From an uncultured Spirochaetota bacterium (GTDB lineage: Bacteria; Spirochaetota; Spirochaetia; SZUA-6; Fen-1364): DNA of 64,000 nt. Below are positions 52,944-60,965 of the stretch, piece after piece (position 1 is the first letter of the stretch; each line of letters starts with the position of its first letter). Location of the stretch: NCBI GenBank assembly GCA_963745235.1, contig CAVUXE010000037.1:64001-128000 (forward strand). The letters are read 5' to 3'. A program made the translations under genes and the position numbers. The notes beneath the pieces are model-generated. The model worked only from the letters and a program-made list of their open reading frames with translations, was not told where the DNA came from and ran no database searches.

Positions 52944-54296
52944 ATGAGGAGACTTTTTCTTTTTTCCGTGTTCCTCGTCATCGCGGCGCTCACCTTGCCC
53001 GCCATGATGGCGGCGGCGCAAAGCACCACTATCACCGTCGCGGTCGTGAACAATCCTGACCAGCGGAAGCTGCTCGAGCTTTCCGACAAGTTCGAGGCGG
53101 AGCATCCCAACATAAAGCTGTCCTTTGTCATGCTGCCCGAGAACGAGCTTCGCGACCGGGTGACTACGGACGTAACGACGAAGGCCGGATCGTTTGACAT
53201 CGTGCAGATCGGAACGTACGAGACACCCATCTGGGGCAAGAACGGCTGGCTCTCGTCCCTCGACGACCTGATGTCTCAGTATCCGAGCAACGTGCAGCCC
53301 AACTACAACGTTGATGACCTGATCAAGGGAGTCAGGCTCGGACTGTCCTACGACGGCAAGCTGTATGCCGCTCCGTTCTACGCGGAGTCGAGCATGCTCT
53401 TCTATAATAAGAAGATGTTTGCGGCTGCCGGGCTGAAGATGCCCTCCGATCCCACGTGGGACCAGGTGCGCGAGTTCGCCCGCAAGCTGCACAACCCCGC
53501 GAAGAAGCAGTACGGCATCGCCCTGCGCGGCCTGCCCGGCTGGGGCGAGGTCATGGCCCCGCTCGACACCGTGATCAACACCTGGGGGGGCAAGTGGTTC
53601 GACATGGACTGGCAGCCCCAGCTTACCTCGCAGCCCTTCGAGGACGCTGTCAACTTCTACGTGAAGCTGATCCAGGACTACGGAGTGCCCGGCGCCGCGA
53701 ACAACGGCTTCTCCGAGAGCCTCACCATGATCGCGCAGGGACAGGCGGCAATGTGGGTGGACGCGACCGTGGCCGCCGGATTCCTCGAGGATCCCAAGCA
53801 GTCGAAGATCGTCGGGAACGTCGGCTTCGTGATGGCCCCCTATGAGAAAGTGAAGAAGGGCTATCACTGGCTGTGGAGCTGGGCGTATGCCATCCCCACC
53901 ACGAGCCAGCACCAGGCCGAGGCCCTGCAGTTCCTTACCTGGTGCACCAGCAAGGACTACCTGGACCTGGTCGGAAAGACCTATGGCTGGGCAAGCGTCC
54001 CACCGGGCACGCGCTATTCGACCTACAAGAACCCCAACTACATGAAGGCGGCAAAGGCGTTTGCCGAGGTGACGCTGAAGTCCATCGAATCCGCTGACCC
54101 GACCGACCCCACCGCGGACAAGGTGCCCTACACCGGCGTGCAGTTCGTCGGCATCCCGGAGTTCCAGGGCTTCGGCACGGACGTGTCAAAGCAGATCTCC
54201 GCGGCCATTGCCGGAACACAAACGGTGGAGCAAGCCCTCTCCGCGAGCCAGGACATCGTCACCAAGGCGATGACGGACGCGGGATACATCAAGTAG
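52944..54296 (+). CDS. polyol ABC substrate-binding protein (SmoE/MtlE-like), copy 2
   Basis: AVVNNPDQ, LPENELRDRVTTD, IGTYETPIWG, PFYAESS, LRGLPGWGE, WLWSW, GIPEFQ. Confidence 0.94.
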   Translation: MRRLFLFSVFLVIAALTLPAMMAAAQSTTITVAVVNNPDQRKLLELSDKFEAEHPNIKLSFVMLPENELRDRVTTDVTTKAGSFDIVQIGTYETPIWGKNGWLSSLDDLMSQYPSNVQPNYNVDDLIKGVRLGLSYDGKLYAAPFYAESSMLFYNKKMFAAAGLKMPSDPTWDQVREFARKLHNPAKKQYGIALRGLPGWGEVMAPLDTVINTWGGKWFDMDWQPQLTSQPFEDAVNFYVKLIQDYGVPGAANNGFSESLTMIAQGQAAMWVDATVAAGFLEDPKQSKIVGNVGFVMAPYEKVKKGYHWLWSWAYAIPTTSQHQAEALQFLTWCTSKDYLDLVGKTYGWASVPPGTRYSTYKNPNYMKAAKAFAEVTLKSIESADPTDPTADKVPYTGVQFVGIPEFQGFGTDVSKQISAAIAGTQTVEQALSASQDIVTKAMTDAGYIK

Positions 54297-54321
54297 CAGA
54301 GGGGATAGTCGACCATGCGAC

Positions 54322-54354
54322 CCGCTTCCGCCCGCACGGGCGGAAGCGGTTTTT
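54322..54354 (+). terminator. intrinsic terminator or stabilising hairpin between the SBP and permease genes
   Basis: CCGCTTCCGCCC-gcac-GGGCGGAAGCGG followed by TTTTT. Confidence 0.8.
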
Positions 54355-54375
54355 CTTGAGAGAGCAGGGAGCCAC

Positions 54376-55261
54376 ATGAGCGGAATGCAAACTGCCCGGA
54401 ATGCCCACCCCTGGATGCTGCGCCCGGCAATCATCTACCTGATCGTGCTCACCCAGGCGCCGGTCCTCCTTACCTTGTACTACAGCACGACGAACTGGAA
54501 CTTCCTCCGTCCTGATCGCCCGGCCCGTTTCATCTGGCTGCACAACTACCTGGACTTCTTCCTGGCCCGGGACACCGGGCGGATCATGATCAACACGGTC
54601 GTCTTCTCGGTGGCCGTGGTCGGACTGTCCCTGGTCCTGGGAATGTGCCTGGCGCTGCTTCTTTCGCGGGAGTTCCGGGGCCGCAACTTTGCGCGCACGT
54701 TGATGATCACGCCGTTCCTGATCATGCCCACGGTGTCCGCGGTCATGTGGAAGAACATGCTCTTCAATCCGGCTTTCGGCCTGATCAGCTCTACCCTCGC
54801 CGCCCTCGGCGGTCCGCGCATCGACTGGATCAACCAGTATTCCATGGCCTCCATCGTCGTGATCGTGACCTGGGAGTGGACGCCGTTCATGATGCTGATC
54901 CTGCTCTCCGGCCTGCAGTCTCTCCAGAAGGAGCACCTGGAGGCCGCCCAGATCGACGGCGCGGGGCCCGTTGCCACCTTCCGCTCCGTGGTCCTGCCCC
55001 ACCTCGGCCGGTACATCGAGATCGGGGTGCTCCTGGAAACGCTGTTCGTGCTGAACATCTTCGGAGAGATCTTCACCACCACCACCGGGCGGTCCGGCCA
55101 ACTACACGACAACGCTGACGTTCAATATCTACCTGGAGGCGTTCAAGCGCTGGAACGTGGGGCGCGCCAGCGCGTACGCGGTGATTGCGGTCATATTCGC
55201 CAACATCATAACCCTGCTCTTCCTTCGCATCCTTCGACGCCAGGGTGGGGAGGCAACATGA
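54376..55261 (+). CDS. polyol ABC permease, MalF/SmoF-like, frameshift near 55085
   Basis: WEWTPFM, EAAQIDGA; the shifted-frame C-terminus TTTLTFNIYLEAF...GGEAT* ends in an ATGA overlap. Confidence 0.88.
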
Positions 55262-56082
55262 AAGGCCACAGGCGGGCTCTTGGCCATTTCCTGTCCGTCC
55301 TCACCGTCGTTCTGGCCCTCCTCATATTCTTCCCGATCTTCTGGATGATCCTCACGTCGTTCAAGTCCGAGGCGGACGCCTTTACCTTCCCGCCCCCGCT
55401 CTTCTTCCATCCGACGCTGGACCAGTACGAGGTTGCGCTGGGAGAATCCGGGTACTTTCACTACCTCGCCAACACCATTCTGATCACCGGCCTCTCCACG
55501 CTGATCGCGGTGCTGCTGGGGCTGCCGGCCGCGTACAAGCTTGCCTACTATCCCACGAAGCGCAGCAACTTCACCCTGATGTGGGTGATGTCCACCCGCA
55601 TGCTGCCGGCTGTCGGCGTCATCGTCCCGCTGTACATCATCTTCAAGACCCTGCACTGGTTCGATACGTATCACGGGCTGATCGTTCTCTATACGGCAAT
55701 CAACCTCCCCCTCGTCATCTGGATGATGCGGTCTTTTTTGCAAGATCTGCCCTATGAGACAATCGAGGCGGCTCGCATCGACGGGTGCAGCCTCTGGCAG
55801 GAGCTGATGCTGGTGATGCTTCCCATGGCGGTGCCCGGCCTTGTCTCGACAGTCCTCCTGTGCCTGATCTTCACGTGGAACGAGTTCTTCATCGCCTTCA
55901 ACCTCACCATCACGAAGGTCCCGCCTCTCACGGTGTACATCGTGGGCTTCAAGACTTCGGAGGGGCTGTTCTGGGCGAAGATGTCGGCCGCCGCTACCGT
56001 GTCGGCCCTGCCCGTCATCATTGCGGGATGGGTGGCGCAGCGTCAGATGGTGCGCGGGCTGACCGCCGGGGCAATCAAGTAG
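55258..56082 (+). CDS. polyol ABC permease, MalG/SmoG-like
   Basis: STRMLP, EAARIDG, TWNEFF, EGLFWAKMSA. Confidence 0.92.
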   Translation: MKGHRRALGHFLSVLTVVLALLIFFPIFWMILTSFKSEADAFTFPPPLFFHPTLDQYEVALGESGYFHYLANTILITGLSTLIAVLLGLPAAYKLAYYPTKRSNFTLMWVMSTRMLPAVGVIVPLYIIFKTLHWFDTYHGLIVLYTAINLPLVIWMMRSFLQDLPYETIEAARIDGCSLWQELMLVMLPMAVPGLVSTVLLCLIFTWNEFFIAFNLTITKVPPLTVYIVGFKTSEGLFWAKMSAAATVSALPVIIAGWVAQRQMVRGLTAGAIK

Positions 56083-56084
56083 AC

Positions 56085-56120
56085 CTGTCAGGGTCGGGGC
56101 TATTGCTCGGGCCCTGACAG
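56085..56120 (+). terminator. hairpin after the ABC cassette
   Basis: CTGTCAGGG...CCCTGACAG inverted repeat; weak T tract. Confidence 0.5.
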
Positions 56121-56134
56121 CAGTATTTTAACGT

Positions 56135-57912
56135 ATGAGACTGCTCTTCTCGTATCTCAGGCCGTACCGCGGGATGATCGTGCTCGCCATCTTCCTTGCG
56201 ATCACCAACCAGGTGTTCTCTCTCCTTGACCCGCAGATCTTTCGCATCATTGTCGACAAGTATGTCTCCCACATCTCCACGATTCCGCGTGCGGACTTCG
56301 TGCGCGGCGTGGGGCTCCTGATCCTCGGGTTCGTGGGTGTGGCCATGGTGAGCCGGCTGGCCAAGAACTTCCAGGACTACTTCATCAACGTGGCCTCCCA
56401 ATCCGTGGGGGCGCGGATGTACGCGGACGGCGTTGCCCACTCGATGCGGCTTCCCTACCGCGCATTCGAAGACCAGCAGAGCGGAGCGGTCCTGCAGCAG
56501 CTGCAGAAGGCGCGCACGGACAGCCGCGACATGATCGGGCAGTCGATCAACACCATCTTCGTGTCCGCCCTCACGTTCCTCCTCGTGCTCGGTTATTCGT
56601 TTTTCGTGCACTGGGCCATCGGGGTCGCCCTGATCGCGATGGCACCCATCCTCGGGGTGCTGCTTTCCGTCCTGGGCCGCAGGATCAAGTCGGTGCAGGC
56701 CCGGATCTTCGGGGAAACGAATGCCCTTGCTGGCTCCACAACGGAGAGCCTGCGGAACATCGAGCTCATCAAGAGCCTGGGGCTGGAGACCCAGGAGATC
56801 GACAGGCTCAACGATGCAAACCAGAAGATCCTGGACCTGGAGCTTGCAAAGGTGAAGACGGTGCGGATGCTCATGTTCTTCCAGGGGACGGCGCTCAATT
56901 TCTCCCGCGCGGTTCTGCTCATGCTCATGCTGGTCCTGGTGGCCATGAAGCTCATTACCCTGGGGGAGTTCTTTTCCCTCATGATGTATTCGTTCTTCGT
57001 CTTCGGGCCCCTGGGAGAGATCGGGGCGGTGATAGCGAAGTACCAGGAAACCCGGGCGAGCCTCGAGAACCTCCAGCGGATCATGGCGCAGGAGGCCGCG
57101 CCGCAGAACCCGGGCGGCGCCGTGCCGGACGGGATCGAGTCCCTGGAGTTCTCCCAGGTCAGCTACCGGCATCCGGGGGCGCGCGAGCCCGCGCTGTCCG
57201 AGGTCTCTTTCGAGGCGCGCTCGGGAGAAAGCGTCGCCTTCGTCGGCCCGTCCGGCGCCGGCAAGAGCACGCTCATCAAGCTGCTTCTCGGGCTCTACCA
57301 GCCGGACTCGGGGCGCGTCCTTTTCAACGGCATCGACTCCCGTGAGGTGAACTACGACATGCTGCGCGCCCGGGTCGGCTTTGTGCCGCAATCCATTGAG
57401 CTTTCGCCGGGACCATCCGCGACAACCTTCGCTTCGTCCGCCGGGAGGCAAGCGACGCGGCGTGCATCGAGAGCCTGCGGGCCGCCCAGCTGAACGGCCT
57501 CCTGGAAAGGAGCCGCCAGGGACTGGATACGAGGATCGGCGAAGGCGGCCTGAAGCTCTCCGGAGGGGAGCGGCAGAGACTGGCCATCGCCCGCGCGCTC
57601 CTTCGGCAGCCGGACATCCTCATCTTCGATGAGGCAACGAGCTCCCTGGACACGGAGACGGAGAAAGAGATAACCCGGACCATCGATGAGATCATCCGGA
57701 CCAGGCCGCACTTCGTCACGCTCCTGATCGCCCACAGGCTGTCGACGGTCGCAGCCGCGGACAGGATTGTCGTCCTGAAGAAGGGCCGCGTGGTGGAGAC
57801 GGGCTCTCACCAGGAGCTTCTGCGAACAGGCGGACTGTATTACACTCTGTGGCAGCAGCAGGGGCTCGAAGGAGAAGACCTGTCGCAGGCCGTGGCCGCG
57901 GCAGGCGGGTGA
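56135..57912 (+). CDS. ABC exporter, fused TMD-NBD (MsbA-like), frameshift near 57400
   Basis: 6 TMs and GPSGAGKST; shifted frame gives LSGGERQRLAIARA, IFDEATSSLD, IAHRLST. Confidence 0.9.
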
Positions 57913-57958
57913 TGGAGCGGGCGGCGTCCCTTGGATCACTGCCTGCGGAGGGTGCACG

Positions 57959-59068
57959 ATGGACAAGAGACGGTTGGGAAAGACGGGGCTGGAGCTCTCC
58001 GTCCTTGGGTTCGGCGGATTTCACCTTGTGGAGATCGACTCAGCGGAGGCGGCTCATTTGCTGGGGGCGTACCTCGACGCCGGCGGCAACTACCTGGAGA
58101 CGGCAGCCAGCTATGGGGACGGCATCTCGGAAACCAAAATCGGCAGGGCCGTCTCGCATCGCCGAACGGACTTCCACCTTGCCACCAAGTCCATGCAGAG
58201 AACGCGCGACGGATTTGCCGCGGAGCTCGATCAAAGCCTGCGCAACCTGAGAACGGACCACGTGGATGTGGTCTTCATCCACGCGCTGCAGAAGCGGGAG
58301 GAGGCTGAGCAGGTGCTTGCCCCTGGCGGGGCCCTTGAAGCGGCGGTTGCAGCCAGGACGAGCGGCAAGGCCCGGTTCATTGCCGTCAGCTTCCACGGCC
58401 GGCCGGACGCGGGGCTGTACGCCCTGGAGCGCTTCCCGTTCGACGTGCTGATGACGGGGTTCAACTATTTCGACAGGTTCAACTACCCGTCCATCGAGGG
58501 CACCCTGCTTCCCTCCTGCCAGGAGAAGGGCGTCGGCGTCCTCGCCATGAAATCTCTTGCAGACGGCTACCTGTACCGCTCACCCGCTCACGCGCTGCGC
58601 TATACCCTGAGCCTGCCCATTACGACCGTTGTTGCCGGAATGAACTCCCGCTCGATGCTGGAATCCGACCTTCGCCTTGTGTCCGGGTTCACGCCAATGA
58701 CGGAAAGGGAGAAAGACGAGCTGTTTCGAACGGCGCCCGAGCTGGGGGACTATGTCTGCCGTCTGTGCGGCAAATGCCGGGTGAACGGGTTCGACCCGCA
58801 GACCATCTTCCTCCTGGAGGGACTGTACGACAGGCAGATGGACGACATGAGAGTCACCGACACCGCCCGGTACGCCTTGCGCGAGCGGCTTCGCACGTGG
58901 TTCCAGCAGCAGGAGACAGCGCGGCTGGAATATGCAGCCCTGCGGCCGAAAGTGGATCCTTCCCGCGACTACAGCGCCCTCTCACCTCTGTGTCCCTACG
59001 GGATCGATATTGACCGCAAGCTGAAGATAGCCCACGCTAAGCTCTCACGGGAGGGCTATATCGCATGA
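57959..59068 (+). CDS. aldo/keto reductase with a C-terminal Fe-S motif
   Basis: RRLGKTGLELS.LGFG, ETAASYG, LATK, SLRNLRTDH; CRLCGKC...CPYGIDI. Confidence 0.9.
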   Translation: MDKRRLGKTGLELSVLGFGGFHLVEIDSAEAAHLLGAYLDAGGNYLETAASYGDGISETKIGRAVSHRRTDFHLATKSMQRTRDGFAAELDQSLRNLRTDHVDVVFIHALQKREEAEQVLAPGGALEAAVAARTSGKARFIAVSFHGRPDAGLYALERFPFDVLMTGFNYFDRFNYPSIEGTLLPSCQEKGVGVLAMKSLADGYLYRSPAHALRYTLSLPITTVVAGMNSRSMLESDLRLVSGFTPMTEREKDELFRTAPELGDYVCRLCGKCRVNGFDPQTIFLLEGLYDRQMDDMRVTDTARYALRERLRTWFQQQETARLEYAALRPKVDPSRDYSALSPLCPYGIDIDRKLKIAHAKLSREGYIA

Positions 59069-59496
59069 GCAGCGCGTATTCGCAGCGCAACAAGGCCGAG
59101 CTGGAGCACCTGCGGAAAGTGGTGGACCGTCTCACGGATGAACAGATGGCCCGCCCCGCGGGAGGAGACGGTTGGACCGTCGGCGCCCTTCTCGGGCACA
59201 TCGCGTTCTGGGACCAGAGGGCCGTTGTCCTGATGGAGAGGTGGAAAGCCGGTGGCGTGGGGACCCCTGCCGGAGATGTGGATGTCCTCAACGATGCCGT
59301 GAAGCCATTCCTCCTTGCCCTGCCTCCGCGAGACGCCGCCAGGCTTGCCCTGGAAACCGCGCAGGCCATCGACAGGGAGATCGATTCCCTGGACGCGACG
59401 ATGCTCGCCGGCATTGAGGCGAACGGGCAGCCCAGGCTGGACAGAGCCTCGCATCGCGCCCACCATCTCGAGCAGATCGAGAAGACAATCAGGTAG
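59065..59496 (+). CDS. DinB/maleylpyruvate isomerase N-terminal-like protein
   Basis: GWTVGALLGHIAFWD and HRAHHLEQI metal-binding His residues. Confidence 0.8.
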   Translation: MSSAYSQRNKAELEHLRKVVDRLTDEQMARPAGGDGWTVGALLGHIAFWDQRAVVLMERWKAGGVGTPAGDVDVLNDAVKPFLLALPPRDAARLALETAQAIDREIDSLDATMLAGIEANGQPRLDRASHRAHHLEQIEKTIR

Positions 59497-59541
59497 GAGA
59501 TACCCTGCCCGACACCCTCCGCTCCTGCCGCGCCATTTTCA

Positions 59542-60258
59542 TTGCAAGGGAACGGCACGCATGCTTCAAGGGCCTTGCGCGAGCTTGCCTGCCATTTCCG
59601 GATCGTTTCGGTTTCCCGCGGGGGCAAAGACAGCGCACGCTCTTTCATCCGCGAGAATGCAATCGAATGGTACGCCTCGTGGTACGTTGGAAAGGGGCCC
59701 GACCTCGGGTTTCGCGGCGTGCTCCCCGGAGGCTCAGAAGCGGAGGTGCAGCGCGCGCTTCGCAGGATCAGGCGCGCCGAGGCGGTCTCACGAATCGTCG
59801 TTGACTGCGAGCAGCTTCGGCGGCGTGTCGAGAGGCTGCGCCTGCATGACCGGAAGATCGTCTTCACGAACGGCGTCTTCGATCTGCTGCACGTGGGACA
59901 CCTGAGGCTGCTCGAGAAGGCGCGCGCGCTGGGGGACGCGTTGATCGTCGCAATCAACAGCGACGACTCGGCCCGCAGGATAAAGGGCGCCGGGCGGCCC
60001 GTCATCCCCCAGTTCGCGCGCGCCCAGGCGCTCGCTGACCTGCGCCAGGTTTCTCTTTGCTTCATCTTCCCGGAAACGGACCCGCGGGAGGTCCTCAGGA
60101 CCGTGAGACCCGAGGTGCTGGTCAAGGGAAGCGAGTACCCGCTTCGCCGGATCGTCGGCGCGCGGTTTGTGTCGGGGTACGGCGGAAAAGTCGTTCGCTT
60201 CCCCATGGTGGAAGGCTGGTCGACAACCTCGACATTGCGCGCCATCCGCACACAGTGA
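59542..60258 (+). CDS. heptose-1-phosphate adenylyltransferase (HldC/RfaE2-like) with an N-terminal extension; start uncertain
   Basis: VFTNGVFDLLHVGH, LIVAINSDDS..RIKG..RPV, VLVKGSEY, STT. Confidence 0.85.
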   Translation: MQGNGTHASRALRELACHFRIVSVSRGGKDSARSFIRENAIEWYASWYVGKGPDLGFRGVLPGGSEAEVQRALRRIRRAEAVSRIVVDCEQLRRRVERLRLHDRKIVFTNGVFDLLHVGHLRLLEKARALGDALIVAINSDDSARRIKGAGRPVIPQFARAQALADLRQVSLCFIFPETDPREVLRTVRPEVLVKGSEYPLRRIVGARFVSGYGGKVVRFPMVEGWSTTSTLRAIRTQ

Positions 60259-60309
60259 AAGGTCCGCGCCATGGCGGCGGAGACCGTGACGCGCCGCGCG
60301 CCTGCGTGG

Positions 60310-60927
60310 TCAATCGTTGCTGTAGCTGATGTTCAGCCGCGCCTCTCCCAGCACCGTGTCCTTGATTGCCTTGCGAAGCTCATCCAGAGTGAACCCTTTC
60401 GCCAGTCCGGTCGGAGAGGATAGTGCGTACACCGCCAGCCGGTAAACATGGATCAGGCGCTTGCCGGTGTTCGGGGGGAAATCCGCGGGCGGCTGGGGTC
60501 CGCGATAACCGATCTGACCCGTGCCGTTCTTCCCCTGCACGAGAGAAGGCATTGCAGCGGAGGCGTTCGCGGGAAGACCCCCGAGGGTCGGGTCGATGTC
60601 GGTCGCTATCCAGTGGAGGAAGGACGGAGCCTTGATCCCGCGGGAAGCCATCACCAACCTCGCATCGGGATCATCCAGGACCAGGGCCAGGGCCTCTGTG
60701 CCCGCGGGCACATTGCTCCACGAAAAGGGAAAAGACACGGGGTTGCTCGGCCCGCCGGCCTTTGCCGCGTACATCGCATCCAGGCGTCCCGCCGAGGAAA
60801 GACCGCTGTCAAACCCGATCTCGGGCGGGCCCGCTATGGCGCGCGTGGTCACCGTGAAGCCTGCAGCCCCGGCGGTCGACGCGGCAACCAGGAGCAGGAT
60901 CCAGCCAATTCTCCATCGAGTGCTCAT
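60310..60927 (-). CDS. secreted YbhB/YbcL (PEBP/Raf kinase inhibitor-like) protein
   Basis: Signal peptide, DDPDA, FLHW, GYRGPQPP, HVYR..VYAL. Confidence 0.88.
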   Translation of the reverse strand: MSTRWRIGWILLLVAASTAGAAGFTVTTRAIAGPPEIGFDSGLSSAGRLDAMYAAKAGGPSNPVSFPFSWSNVPAGTEALALVLDDPDARLVMASRGIKAPSFLHWIATDIDPTLGGLPANASAAMPSLVQGKNGTGQIGYRGPQPPADFPPNTGKRLIHVYRLAVYALSSPTGLAKGFTLDELRKAIKDTVLGEARLNISYSND

Positions 60928-60965
60928 GACGCCTCCACGCTGAAAAAAATACTCATTTTGAAGGC

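Noticed and set aside
54376-56082. 568-aa fused double permease in the ORF track
   Set aside because: An indel near 55085 creates it; the proper C-terminus and an ATGA stop/start at 55258-55261 exist in the other frame.
56135-57912. Missing MalK-type ATPase of the polyol importers
   Set aside because: This is a fused TMD-NBD exporter. CUT1 importers commonly share a distant MsmX/MalK ATPase, so its absence here is unremarkable.
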